Shown: positions 50,027 through 60,684, counted from the stretch's first letter. The stretch: DNA of 64,000 bases from Pseudomonadota bacterium (GCA_041178425.1 JBEGVH010000006.1:160001-224000); one strand, 5' to 3'. A program made the numbers and translations. Notes: generated from the sequence alone by a model not told the origin.

Positions 50027-50770
50027 ATGATCAAATTAATTCTTTTACTGACACTCTCGCTTCTGGCTCTGAGTCCCCTCTCTCTTGCCGAAACGATTGA
50101 CGTTCAGAAAATCCTTGAGTTTTCCGATCGCACCCGTGGAGGAATCGATGAGGGGCTAGAATGGACCGTCAATCTGACGACAGCCGAAGATGGCGAAACG
50201 TCTGAACGCAGATTTTTCATTAAAAATAAGCGTGAGGACTCGTTTGTTGAGAGCATGGCTCCTCAGAAATACAAAGGCGAGGTCTTCGTATTTAATGGCC
50301 GAACCATTTGGTTTTTCAAGCCTGGTCTTCGAAAACCAATTGCGATCTCATCAAAGCAAAAGCTCAGTGGCGTTGCCTCAAATGGAGATATCGCGTCAAC
50401 TAACTATGTGCGCGACTACTCCGGAACTTTTATTAAGTTGGAGCCAATAGAGAATGAGGAATGCTACCTTCTCCATCTAAAATCCAAAGCAAACGATACA
50501 ACCTATGATCAAATCAACTATTGGGTATCGAAAAAGTCTGGACTCGCCATTAAATCTGACTTTCTCTCTGTCAGCGGCAAAATCATGAAGACGGCTTTTT
50601 TTAAATATCAAAATAAAATCACCTATAAAAATGAAACCTATCCCTTCGTGAGTGAAATGAGAATAATTGACAGTAAGAACAGTCAAAATCAGAGTACGCT
50701 CATCTATTCTTCTCCAAAAATAAGAAATCATTCTACAAGTCTTTTTAATGTTAACAACTTGGTGAGATAA
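50027..50770 (+). CDS. LolA-like outer-membrane lipoprotein-sorting protein
   Basis: Signal peptide; IWFFKPGLRKPI.IS..QKLSG.ASNGDIA; located between the permeases. Confidence 0.8.
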   Translation: MIKLILLLTLSLLALSPLSLAETIDVQKILEFSDRTRGGIDEGLEWTVNLTTAEDGETSERRFFIKNKREDSFVESMAPQKYKGEVFVFNGRTIWFFKPGLRKPIAISSKQKLSGVASNGDIASTNYVRDYSGTFIKLEPIENEECYLLHLKSKANDTTYDQINYWVSKKSGLAIKSDFLSVSGKIMKTAFFKYQNKITYKNETYPFVSEMRIIDSKNSQNQSTLIYSSPKIRNHSTSLFNVNNLVR

Positions 50771-50772
50771 CG

Positions 50773-52107
50773 GTGATCAATCAGCTCTTTTTGAGAATGG
50801 CATTAAGAAATGTGAAAGCTCATTGGAGACAGAGCTTAGCCGCTATCCTGTCGGTCACCGCCGGATTTATCGCTTACGTGATTTTTGATGGCTATCTTCG
50901 AGATATTTATCGAGCCTATACAGATTACAATCAGAATCTTGAGATGTATGGAGACTTGATGGTAGAGCGCGAGGGTTTTTCTGACGTTGAAGGCCGATCA
51001 GACCCATGGGCGTTCGCGCTAACGGAGGCCGATCAACTGTTCATTTTTAAATTTTTAGAAAATCACAGATATGAAGTCAGCGCTGCCGCTCGTTTTATAC
51101 AAATTTCCGGGAGCTTAGAGACTGGACAGGCCTCTTCTGTTTTTCAAGGAATCGCCTATGACATCGAACCGGCAGCTATCATTAGAGGGCAATGGGGTTG
51201 GGACACCTATTGGGGACATCCGTTGCATAAAACAAAGAATGTTGATCTCAAAATGATAACAGGTTTGAGGCTGGCACAAAAGTTAGGATGCCTTCCGGAT
51301 AAGATTGAGGGGCTCGAGAGATACCTCCTCGATCTTGAACGATATCCTAAAGCTCGTTCTTTTAACTGCGAAAATGAAGAGTTTCAACTTTCTGCAATGA
51401 CCGAATCGGGCCAAGTGAACGCCATTGATCTATCGATTTCAGGAATACAAGATAAAGGGTTTCGAGATTTGGACTCTCGCTATGTTGTCTTACCTTTAGA
51501 GACAGCCCAAAAACTTTTTAACACCAAAAAGGTCAGTTACTTCTCGATCAAACTGAAGAAGAATGAATCTCTCTCAAAGTTCATTACCGAGTTTAATCAA
51601 AGTCTTAACGCTGAATTCGCTCATCTAAAAATGATGCCCTGGCAAAAACATCCTGTTGGAGAAATGTATCGAAAGACTTTATCCCTGCTCGATGTTATTA
51701 GAACATTTTTGATCTCTGTAATTATTTTTATTGGTTCAATGTCTGTTTTTAATATCATGGTAAAATCTGTCAAAGAGCGAACAAAAGAGATGGGAATGCT
51801 GAGGAGCCTCGGTTTTTTTCCAAGACAGATTCGACTTCTTTTTTATCTAGAAACACTTCTTTGGAGCGGATTAGGATGCTTTTCAGGCACGATCCTTTCT
51901 CTTCTGTTATCGTGGTTTTTTAATGCGGCAGAGTGGACCTATCCTTCCGGTCAGTTTTCTTTTGAGGCCCCTTTTATTATTGCCGTAGCACCATCGATTT
52001 ATGCTAGCGGTGTGATATTAATGTCTTTCATCTCATTGTTGGCGTGTTGGCTTGCCATTCGTAAAACCAGCGAATCGAATATTGCCAATTTGCTTTTGCA
52101 TCATTAA
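50773..52107 (+). CDS. FtsX/LolE-like ABC permease
   Basis: MALRNV..HWRQS; ERTKEMGMLRSLGF. Confidence 0.9.
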   Translation: MINQLFLRMALRNVKAHWRQSLAAILSVTAGFIAYVIFDGYLRDIYRAYTDYNQNLEMYGDLMVEREGFSDVEGRSDPWAFALTEADQLFIFKFLENHRYEVSAAARFIQISGSLETGQASSVFQGIAYDIEPAAIIRGQWGWDTYWGHPLHKTKNVDLKMITGLRLAQKLGCLPDKIEGLERYLLDLERYPKARSFNCENEEFQLSAMTESGQVNAIDLSISGIQDKGFRDLDSRYVVLPLETAQKLFNTKKVSYFSIKLKKNESLSKFITEFNQSLNAEFAHLKMMPWQKHPVGEMYRKTLSLLDVIRTFLISVIIFIGSMSVFNIMVKSVKERTKEMGMLRSLGFFPRQIRLLFYLETLLWSGLGCFSGTILSLLLSWFFNAAEWTYPSGQFSFEAPFIIAVAPSIYASGVILMSFISLLACWLAIRKTSESNIANLLLHH

Positions 52108-52123
52108 TTAGGGGGATCAATTA

Positions 52124-53410
52124 ATGCCCAATTTAAATCGAAGCCGAAGTCTTCTCCTTGCCTGTATTTACCTTGGCTACGCTGGCTTTATGCTGATAAA
52201 AACATCGATTATCGCCGGAGGTCCAGCGCTCCTGAACGATGCTTCTTTGGGACTCACCAAATCCGATTGGTCTTCGATGCTCGCTTTTGGCACAATAGGT
52301 GGCATCATCGGAAAATTCATTAGCGGATGGTCTGCAGATCGTTGGGGAGGTAAATCAACCTTTACGGCTGGATTACTTTTCGCGTCCCTTGGTATTGCCC
52401 ATTTCAGTCATCAATCGTCTGCCTTTGCTTTTGCAGCCACCTATTCAGCGATTCTTCTCTGCAATTCCTCAGGCTGGCCGTCAATGGCCAAACTGATCGG
52501 AAACTGGTTCGAACCGCATCAGTACGGGAGAGTGTGGGGACTCATTTCAACTTCTAGTCGCGTAGGAACCATCAGCGCCACTCTGATCGTCTCTGCGCTT
52601 CTGCGAAATATGGAATGGCGGCAGATGCTTTTAATATCTGCTACCATCGGAGGTTCGCTTTTTATTATCGCATATTTATTTATCAAAGAATATCCTGCCA
52701 TTCCTATCAACAGAGCGATGGGAAACGCCACCAAAGAAGCAGAGGCAAACGCTGTCCACCCCTTTGCGGCACTCAATCTGAACGATGCGATTAAAGAGTT
52801 TTTTCGTAGTCGACGTTTTTATCTGATTTGCGCATCGATGATGGGTCTTACCATTCTTTGGGACTTCATCAATTTTGTTCCCGTCTACCTAAAGGAAAGC
52901 CTTAAGATCAGTGCCTCTGACGCGGCGATGGCCACCTCATCGCTCCCCCTCGGTTCTCTTGTTTCGGTGTTACTCGGTGGATTTATATTTGACAAATTAT
53001 CACGTCATTTAGTTGCAAAAATTATTGGACTCTATCTATTCTGTACAGTTTTGTGTATAACAACACTTTTTTTGCTTCCAAATATTTCAATCGCAGACAC
53101 TAGCAAAATGACTATAACACTCGCTTGTTTGTTCATTTTTGGATTTACGGTTTCACCGGCCTACTATCTCCCAATGAGTATTTTTTCGATTGCCTTCGGA
53201 GGGCCCCACTCCGGATTCCTTATCGCTCTGATTGATGTTTGTGGCTACGGAGCATCGGTTTTATTTAGTTTTGCTGCTGGTCGAATTTTTGGAGGCTCTG
53301 AATCCTGGGCGCCTTTTTTAATAGCTCTCATCGCTGTGGCAATCGCAGCGATGACTTTTACTTTTTGGTTTTTAAAAAATGAAGCAAAGTTGGCAGAAGC
53401 AAAAAGCTAG
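52124..53410 (+). CDS. MFS transporter (GlpT/UhpT-like)
   Basis: 12 TM segments; GKFISGWSADRWG, GWP...KLIGNWF...YGRVWG. Confidence 0.88.
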   Translation: MPNLNRSRSLLLACIYLGYAGFMLIKTSIIAGGPALLNDASLGLTKSDWSSMLAFGTIGGIIGKFISGWSADRWGGKSTFTAGLLFASLGIAHFSHQSSAFAFAATYSAILLCNSSGWPSMAKLIGNWFEPHQYGRVWGLISTSSRVGTISATLIVSALLRNMEWRQMLLISATIGGSLFIIAYLFIKEYPAIPINRAMGNATKEAEANAVHPFAALNLNDAIKEFFRSRRFYLICASMMGLTILWDFINFVPVYLKESLKISASDAAMATSSLPLGSLVSVLLGGFIFDKLSRHLVAKIIGLYLFCTVLCITTLFLLPNISIADTSKMTITLACLFIFGFTVSPAYYLPMSIFSIAFGGPHSGFLIALIDVCGYGASVLFSFAAGRIFGGSESWAPFLIALIAVAIAAMTFTFWFLKNEAKLAEAKS

Positions 53411-53425
53411 AGGCAAAAATGAGTC

Positions 53426-53785
53426 CTAAGCTTTTCTTACAAATTCCGATTTTAAATTCATGGCGCCAATGCCATCAATTTTACACGCAATGTCGTGCCC
53501 ATCACCACCGTCTGTTAGACGAATGTTCTTTACCTTGGTTCCACCTTTAACAACGAGCGAAGACCCTTTAACCTTGAGGTCTTTAATGACAATCACGGCA
53601 TCGCCATCAGACAGCACGTTACCATTAGCATCACGAATGAGCCCGTCGTCGACAACTGAGTCAGCGGTAGAGGATTCTGCCACAAACTGACTCCATTCAT
53701 TACCACACTCTGGACAAATCCAAAGTGAGGCATCGGCATAGACATGAGTAGAACTACATTTTGGGCAAACCATAGATTCAGACAT
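53426..53785 (-). CDS. phnA: Zinc-ribbon PhnA/YjdM family protein
   Basis: [42 protein letters not shown]. Confidence 0.93.
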   Translation of the reverse strand: MSESMVCPKCSSTHVYADASLWICPECGNEWSQFVAESSTADSVVDDGLIRDANGNVLSDGDAVIVIKDLKVKGSSLVVKGGTKVKNIRLTDGGDGHDIACKIDGIGAMNLKSEFVRKA

Positions 53786-53882
53786 AATGTTCCTAACGTG
53801 ATTTTAATACTATTTGAGACACCGATAACATAATCATGAGACTTTTGACCATGATCGCCCTTTAGTTTTCTGCTCTGCATCT

Positions 53883-55115
53883 TTAATGCTCACTGGCATG
53901 ATCTTGAAAAATTAAACTGATTACAGCGGCAAGCACGACGGCCTTGGCGATCTCCGTGAGAATTGGATATTGGGAAATTCTTGGGGCTCTACGAGAGCTA
54001 GGGGCTTCCAATCCATAAGCATGCTCATCCAGATCTTTATCTCTAGAATGGGTGCTAAAGGAGAGCTGTTGAAGAGCTTCCTCAGACACCTTAAAATCCA
54101 TCTGATTTCCTATGTTCAGCTGCAACACCTTCGCAAGAGCTTTAAAATCTAAGTGTTCGGCTTCTTGTTGCTCTTGTAAAAAATCAATTAAACGCGGATC
54201 TCTGGATCGAATAGCTTCAACGAGACCCCGCGAAAAATTCAAGTAAGATTCAATTTGAGCCCCATCAACGGTACTGTTAAAAAGTCTGAACTCGACAGTA
54301 CCCAGCGACTTTAAAGATTTAAGATTAAGTCCTCGATAGCGACTCAATTGGTTTTCTAGCAAATGAGAGGCTTGCAATGCCTTGTTGGTTACGGACTCGA
54401 GGTAATCAACCATGGCTATGTCTGTAGGCTCAGACCATTGTTCGCGGTAGCGTGTTTTTTGAAAGTGATCGTTCACCTGATAATCAATCGACGAAAATAG
54501 CTGCATCAGAGAAGCCAGTTCGTGAGCTTTTGCCTTCGGAAAGCCGACATGTATGTGCACACCAGCACTGCTTGGCTCTGCTTTTAGTCCTGTTGAGGTT
54601 TTGAGTTTTTCTATGAGCTCCTGAAACGTTTGAAAATCTTGCCTGTTTCTTAAAATAGGGCTCACAATTTCAATGCCCTCATAGCCCATCGGACTCCGAA
54701 TAGAAGCATCAACCGTGAATTCATAGATGTATTCGTGCTGCAAATACTCATAACTAACAAAAACACTTGAATCAGCTAGTAGTTCGGTCTGCGATAACCG
54801 AAGATTTTTGTATTCGGAGTTTTGAGAAAGAAATTTTAAAGCAGCCTCTGCTAAGTCTGATCGGCGCAAACTCGAGGGAAAGATCGCTTCCACCTCAATT
54901 CCAATGGTCGTCTCTTCTTTGAATGAAGAGACTTTCTGAGGATATCTCAAAAACTTTAATCCCCAAAAAAGTTGATCTATCGAGCGCCCATCGGAAAACA
55001 GCTGTCGACACTGAATCGGAGCTTTACTTTCGATTTTTGCAGAAATGGGCATTGCTGCCAAAACTAGATTAAGAGACAATAATGCACTTAGTACTCGGCG
55101 CTGATTGAGATTCAT
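53883..55115 (-). CDS. Amidoligase (COOH-NH2 ligase type 2) family protein with signal peptide
   Basis: GIEVE, DASI, GIEIVSPIL, AGVHIHVG, RYRGLN, TVEFRLF. Confidence 0.85.
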   Translation of the reverse strand: MNLNQRRVLSALLSLNLVLAAMPISAKIESKAPIQCRQLFSDGRSIDQLFWGLKFLRYPQKVSSFKEETTIGIEVEAIFPSSLRRSDLAEAALKFLSQNSEYKNLRLSQTELLADSSVFVSYEYLQHEYIYEFTVDASIRSPMGYEGIEIVSPILRNRQDFQTFQELIEKLKTSTGLKAEPSSAGVHIHVGFPKAKAHELASLMQLFSSIDYQVNDHFQKTRYREQWSEPTDIAMVDYLESVTNKALQASHLLENQLSRYRGLNLKSLKSLGTVEFRLFNSTVDGAQIESYLNFSRGLVEAIRSRDPRLIDFLQEQQEAEHLDFKALAKVLQLNIGNQMDFKVSEEALQQLSFSTHSRDKDLDEHAYGLEAPSSRRAPRISQYPILTEIAKAVVLAAVISLIFQDHASEH

Positions 55116-55818
55116 TAGGGCCTCACCTTATACCCCCATTCCTTTCAAATATGAGACCCTAATGAAGCATTATCTAATCAAAAGTAGTTGAGTTTAAACG
55201 AATCGCCCCCCTCATCACCAACCCTCAGGTGTTAGCCTTCTAACAGCAGCGACAAATTTACGCCATCCCTTCACCTTGTCCAATACGACTAAAGAGAGGG
55301 ATGATGCAACGAAACGAAACAGAGGTACTGAAAATGAACCAATCTCAATAACATACTTTTAGAAGATCTAGACGCCCCCAATTTCAACGAGGTCAGTAAC
55401 AAAAATGTTAATTCACCCCATTGAAATCGGTGTTTTTCAAGAGAGATGTCGACTGATAGGATTTACCCGCAGTTTCATTTGCGGCAAATGATTGTGATCC
55501 CTGCCAGCTCATGCTGCTCACATAGAGACTAACTACTTTTGCCCGGATCTTTCTAATCTCATGAACCAAAATGCGCCCGCGCGCCATAACCGAAATAAGC
55601 AGCCAAACGGCTTTCTCGCTCAAAATCCGGTTCATTGATTCAATGGCTTCTTCCGCCTTTTTCTAGATGGTTTTCCCTTTATTGATGACCTTCTTCATTC
55701 GTGACCTCATTCTGGTTTCCTGCGTGGATTTTAGATACCCAGCACTAGAACATAAGTGAGGTCATGTTTCAAATTTCAACTAAGGATAAACCAGTTCCTT
55801 AGAAAAGGTCAGCACACT

Positions 55819-56478
55819 TCATTGTTTATCTTCCGGGACAAGAAGCTCAACAACATCTTTCGTTCGATCATAAAAACAAGCCAGGCTCATTTCCCAAAGG
55901 GTGTTTTTGGGAATCACTCCGTCTTTAGCGGCCTGAGCGTCAGAAACTTTCGAATAGTCTCCATAATGCTGTAGCTTAAGGTTCGGAACTTCAGGGTTGC
56001 GAAACTTCATCGTCGTCTGAACAATATCAGATGTTTCTCGGTCGCTAAAATTAATATCAGCAGCAAATACATCGCCAATGACTGTCGTATTTCTCTCTTC
56101 GATAGCCTTGGCACCATTCTGGGTCTCATGAAGCAACAAGAAGCTCAGAGACATAGAGGGTCTATCAGCGAGCCTATCCTTATCCTCAGTTTGAACATAA
56201 AGATCCATCTTGTACCCTTTATTCAAATTGAAAATTAAGCGGCCACTCCGGCAAGTTGCAGACCATGTCACATTGCACGACGAAATAGGGATTTCTATCT
56301 TTTTAAACTTAGTATCAACAACCCGATCCGACTGTGGATTATTAATAAAGGAATGAATGAGCATACAGGCTACCCGTTTCACTGGGGGCTGCGGGGTCGG
56401 CTCTGAGGTCGCCTGAGGTGCCGCAAAGACCTGATTTAGACTAAGCACTGTTAGAATAATTATTGGATAGAGTTTCAT
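55819..56478 (-). CDS. Secreted hypothetical protein
   Basis: AAGGAGG RBS; signal peptide ending VFA. Confidence 0.8.
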   Translation of the reverse strand: MKLYPIIILTVLSLNQVFAAPQATSEPTPQPPVKRVACMLIHSFINNPQSDRVVDTKFKKIEIPISSCNVTWSATCRSGRLIFNLNKGYKMDLYVQTEDKDRLADRPSMSLSFLLLHETQNGAKAIEERNTTVIGDVFAADINFSDRETSDIVQTTMKFRNPEVPNLKLQHYGDYSKVSDAQAAKDGVIPKNTLWEMSLACFYDRTKDVVELLVPEDKQ

Positions 56479-56648
56479 ATTAAACCTCCTTTATTTGGTT
56501 TGTGGGACACTCTTTAACTCAATGCACCAATCAGAAATAGATAGAAATTTAGTACGCTCCCTAAGGTAAGGCGTCCATAAAGTCATTCTCGGCCTTTCTT
56601 TTGCAGAATTTCGTAGTAATCGAACCCATTTGAGACCAGGAGGTTCAG

Positions 56649-57107
56649 GTGTTATTTGGGTGCAAAACATTTTTACGTTTGCTGCCAGGAAAAGGCCTCA
56701 AACCCCTCCTCCAGGGAGGCTTCTCTATTTTATTTATCGGTCTCTTTAGTACACTTTTTTTATTTAGCAGTAGAACTTGGCCAACCCTAAATTTGTTTTA
56801 CTCTTCAGATACTAGCCTAAATCGTTCACCGGCAGAAAATGGCGAGGGCCGGGGTGGTGGTGGCTCAGCTCTCTATTGGAATAATGTTCTTGGCCCCAGC
56901 ACATTTTTGGACTTGGTCAATGACTCACGTTATTCGACCTCAAACGATCAAATAGACGAACCTCTGAAAACTTTCCATAAACGAATTCGAACCTCCGTGG
57001 AGTTTCAGATCCTTGGGTTTACAGGAATAAGCAATTCAAATGGTTTTTGGCTTTCCCAAAGCCCCCCCGAAAGCCGGTCGCAAAAGGCCTCCAGAGGGAG
57101 CGTTTAG
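56649..57107 (+). pseudogene. Possible truncated exported protein running into the repeat element
   Basis: TM segment followed by RSPA; the C-terminus reads through the non-coding 47 bp repeat. Confidence 0.3.
57023..57069 (+). repeat. 47 bp direct repeat, left copy
   Basis: AGGAATAAGCAATTCAAATGGTTTTTGGCTTTCCCAAAGCCCCCCCG, identical to 63954-64000. Confidence 0.95.
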
Positions 57108-57168
57108 CCTCTGGATCCAGTTTTCTTGTGGGGCAAATATTATGTTGAGGTGACGGAAGGGCTAATCA

Positions 57169-58023
57169 GAAAAGTCTAGGGGAGTTGGCGGTCGTATGGC
57201 CACTCGGCGAACCCTTGATACAAGATTTGATCACGGGGCTCAGTTTTACCGACTAAAAGAAGATATTATTTCTCTTCATAAACTTTGGTGTGACCAAGCT
57301 GTAACTCAGTCATGGTTTGAATCCGACGAGGGAAATCATTGGTGCGCTAAACTTGGAATGACGACTCTGGCGAAAACTCTGGCCTCAAATCTCGAGATTG
57401 GCCTAGAAAAACAAATAAGCACCATCACTTTTGAAAATGGTTTGTGGAAAATCGCATCGGATAAAAACGAAGAGTGGATTTGTCGCAACCTCATTCTCAC
57501 TTCACCTATGCCTCAATCGGTGAAGCTTCTCGAAGGAGCAATAAATCAAATGAGTTTTAAAAAAGATAAATTTCTCGAATTAAAAAAAATTGAGTACACC
57601 AAAGCCCTTATCGCTCTTGTGACACTAGAAGAAGAAATATTTATTCACGAATCAGGCTATCTTGAATTTAGCTCGGGTGATTTCTTTTCAATTGCTGATC
57701 AAAAACGAAAAGCAGTTAGTGAAACGCCAGCTCTTAGCATAACCATGTCACCTCAATTCTCAGAAGAATTTTTTGAAGAAAAAGACGATGTGATACTTGC
57801 AGCGATCTTAAAGAAATTTTCTAGTCAGTATCCTGAAATGAAAATCAAAGCAGCAGAGCTGAAAAAGTGGCGCTATTGTCGTCCAACGTCTCAAGATAAA
57901 AATCTCTTTTGCGAAATTGCCAACAATTTATTTTTAATTGGAGATGTCTTTGGCGGCAGCAGTCTCCTCGGGGCCGTGAGATCCGCTGAAAGCTTATGTC
58001 AGCATTTACAAAGTCGAATATAA
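57169..58023 (+). pseudogene. 5'-truncated renalase-like FAD-dependent oxidoreductase
   Basis: Frame starts EKSRGVGGRMATRR..FDHGAQF just after TAA 57163-57165; the N-terminal GxGxxG motif is missing. Confidence 0.75.
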
Positions 58024-58025
58024 AT

Positions 58026-58445
58026 ATGTTTAAAAATAATACGCATTCAACAATTTTAAAAATAGCTGCCATCTATAATTTAGTTTGGGGAGCTTTTATA
58101 ATCTTGGCCCCCAACGCTTTATTTGATTTTGCAGGCCTTCCTCGCATGCAAAACTACATTGGCATCTGGCAGTGTGTAGGAATGATCGTTGGAGTTTACG
58201 GCATTGGTTATTGGGTCGCGGCCCTTGATCCCAATCGCCACTTGCCAATTGTCTTGGTGGGTTTTTTAGGAAAAATTTTTGGACCCATTGGATTTGTTCA
58301 AGCGTATTATCAAGGCGTATTTAACGCTAAATTTGGTTTGACAATTCTTACCAATGATATCATTTGGTGGATTCCTTTCTATCTCATTCTTAACTCTAAT
58401 AAAGATGAAATCATAAAAACATTTAATCCATTCAAGGAAAAATAA
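58026..58445 (+). CDS. Conserved 4-TM protein (family often labelled alkyl hydroperoxide reductase/SelL-related membrane domain)
   Basis: AAIYNLVWG, WQCVGMIVGVYGIGY, DP.RH.PIVLVGFLGKIFGPIGF, NDIIWW. Confidence 0.75.
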   Translation: MFKNNTHSTILKIAAIYNLVWGAFIILAPNALFDFAGLPRMQNYIGIWQCVGMIVGVYGIGYWVAALDPNRHLPIVLVGFLGKIFGPIGFVQAYYQGVFNAKFGLTILTNDIIWWIPFYLILNSNKDEIIKTFNPFKEK

Positions 58446-58447
58446 TC

Positions 58448-58915
58448 ATGACTATTAACATACAAAAACGACTTCACCATCGCACTCCATACTTACTCAT
58501 TGATGAAGTGATAGAGCACTCGCATAAGCAATTGCACGCAAGAAAACTCTCTACTCAAAATGATTTCTTTCAAGCAGGCCATTTTCCAAATGCTCCAGTT
58601 GTACCGGGGGCGATGATGCAAGAGATGACGACCCAAGCAGCGGGGCTTCTTATTGCAGAATACTACTCACCGGTAGCAGATTATGATAGCGAAAAAACTA
58701 AAGGCTATGCTTTAGGAGTGCTCAGAGCAATTCACCAAGCAAAGTATAAAAAATTTGTTCGCCCACAAGATATTCTAGATATCAAAGTTGAACTCATAGA
58801 AAAAATTGAAGATGCTTTTTATTTTAAAGCACACATCGAAGTTGATGGAAATAAAGTTATGAGCAATGAGTTTACACTCATTAATATTGCGGAAGAAAAG
58901 TTAATCGGAAATTAA
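58448..58915 (+). CDS. FabZ-like 3-hydroxyacyl-ACP dehydratase
   Basis: LHHRTPYLLID, FFQAGHFP..PVVPG.M.QE. Confidence 0.85.
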   Translation: MTINIQKRLHHRTPYLLIDEVIEHSHKQLHARKLSTQNDFFQAGHFPNAPVVPGAMMQEMTTQAAGLLIAEYYSPVADYDSEKTKGYALGVLRAIHQAKYKKFVRPQDILDIKVELIEKIEDAFYFKAHIEVDGNKVMSNEFTLINIAEEKLIGN

Positions 58916-59156
58916 ATTTTTTCAAAAATGAAAAATATTGTCCTTGAAGTAGTTTGATTATTTAAATTCAAAATTGATTCGTGCTAACTCACCAGAAAAA
59001 TTCTTTTGAATGAAAGATATTTTGGTGAGAATTGCGAATCAGTCCTGCAAGATTTGCTTTGCTACTTCTCACCAGTTTTTTAATCTTAGCATATTTCAAT
59101 ATGTGTTTTAAAAAATTTAAGCTGAATTAAATTTCTCAGGCATGAGACTTAACTAG

Positions 59157-59903
59157 TTAAATCGCCGACCAGCCACCATCGTTTGCGAGAACCGCTCCAG
59201 TGATATTGCTCGAGTCATCGCTAGCAAGCCACAAAATACTTGCCGCCAGTTGCTCAGGCTCGGCCATATTTGGTGAGATGCCTTGAAACACAGGAGTTAG
59301 CCTGTCGTTAGCAAGAGCAGATTTATAAGGAGCTTCGATCGATGTTTTCACTCCACCCGGAGCGACGACGTTGCAGCGAATGCCTTTATCTGAATACATA
59401 AAAGAAGTGCTTCTAGATAAACCAATCAGCGCGTGTTTGGAAGTTGTATAAGTAGCTCCAGCACACGCTCCGCGAAGTCCTGCTTCAGAACTTATATTGA
59501 CGAAATTTCCCTTACCAGCTTTAAGCATCAGAGGAAGAGCTGCGCGAGTGAGTCGCATGGGCCCTGTTAAATTGACCGCAAGAACTTTCTCCCACGTCTC
59601 ATCGTCGACTTCAGCAACCGGAAGAAATCCATCCATGATGCCAGCGTTGTTGATAACAATATCAACTTTTCCTTCACACGCTTTTATAAGAGCATTTGCT
59701 GTTTCTTGTTTTGAAACATCTCCGGCCACTGTGATGATGGCATATTCTTTTAATTGTGATTTTAATTCAGACAAGCGAGACTCATTCCAATCACTAGCAA
59801 TAATTTTGGCGCCTTCTTTGGCGAGTCGATGCACACAAGCTTTGCCTATACCTGCGCCTGCACCAGTGACGATAACGGTTTTATTTTGAAATCTATTATC
59901 CAT
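59157..59903 (-). CDS. SDR family oxidoreductase
   Basis: TGAGAGIG, NNAG, YTTSK, DGG; AGGAGA RBS. Confidence 0.95.
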   Translation of the reverse strand: MDNRFQNKTVIVTGAGAGIGKACVHRLAKEGAKIIASDWNESRLSELKSQLKEYAIITVAGDVSKQETANALIKACEGKVDIVINNAGIMDGFLPVAEVDDETWEKVLAVNLTGPMRLTRAALPLMLKAGKGNFVNISSEAGLRGACAGATYTTSKHALIGLSRSTSFMYSDKGIRCNVVAPGGVKTSIEAPYKSALANDRLTPVFQGISPNMAEPEQLAASILWLASDDSSNITGAVLANDGGWSAI

Positions 59904-59995
59904 TAAAATCTCCTTGAAGATAAACACTTGGAGATCGTTGCATCTGATTTGTTGTGTGAATATGATAAAAATTAGTTTAAAAACATAGATAAATT

Positions 59996-60169
59996 AAATA
60001 AAAAGAGAGGATTGCTCCTCCCTAAACCATTAGAGTAAATCCCTTAACGATCTTAAAATCATTGCTAGTAATTTTAAAATCAGGATAATAGCCTCTAACA
60101 ATTTTAGAACCTTGAACATCCTTGCCTTCCTGAAAGATTGACCTTCATTGGTCAGGAGCTCACGGTTTG
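59996..60169 (-). ncRNA. Candidate structured RNA element, copy A
   Basis: Homologous to 63292-63463; covarying hairpins; ends GGGAGGA-GCAA-TCCTCTC-TTTTT. Confidence 0.6.
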
Positions 60170-60243
60170 TATCTTTAAATGTTTATGGTAAAATATTTTT
60201 ACCCTAAGCTACGGTTTGCTAGACCGTATATTTTAGAACCTTG

Positions 60244-60270
60244 AAAACCCCTCATACTACGAGGGGTTTT
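60244..60270. terminator. Intrinsic terminator downstream of the 60340-60600 gene
   Basis: AAAACCCCTC-ATACTAC-GAGGGGTTTT. Confidence 0.8.
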
Positions 60271-60339
60271 TTATTTGTCCTGATTTCAAAATGAATACGT
60301 ACAATTTTTTTGAAATGAATTGATAAAAATCTGAAGATT

Positions 60340-60600
60340 TTATTTTTTATCTTCTGAGTTACCCCAGCGCCACTTAAGTGGCTCTCCATAGCGATACATA
60401 ATGTAAAAATTTGCAATGGTGATGGCAACGATATAACCATACCATATGTAAAGAACTGTTTTACTCATCGGGTGGATTAAAATAAGTGGAGCAACGATAG
60501 AAGTGGAATATCCCAGAGTAATAAGCCAGCCCTGCCAAGTACAGGGAGTCCAACCAATTCCATATTTTTTTCTTTTAAACCAAATGATTTTTTCACTCAT
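60340..60600 (-). CDS. Small 2-TM membrane protein
   Basis: WFKRKKYGIGWTPCTWQGW ... GEPLKWRWG. Confidence 0.8.
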   Translation of the reverse strand: MSEKIIWFKRKKYGIGWTPCTWQGWLITLGYSTSIVAPLILIHPMSKTVLYIWYGYIVAITIANFYIMYRYGEPLKWRWGNSEDKK

Positions 60601-60684
60601 AGTTTTATTATAAATCGAACTTGAACTTCCTGATTCATTTGTTAGACTTTTTTAATATTTAATTTGAATAAGAAGGTAGTAGCA

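Noticed and set aside
55408..55711. Short minus-strand frame interrupted by TAG
   Set aside because: Could be a remnant, but no recognisable family and no support beyond the frame itself
57123..57150. Second dif-like site (TTATGTTGAGG)
   Set aside because: Only a partial XerD arm, and no XerC arm ending in ATAA
60022..60126. Small minus-strand peptide within the repeated element (GKDVQGSKIVRG...)
   Set aside because: Copy A/B differences are largely non-synonymous and the stop position is not conserved, whereas base pairing is
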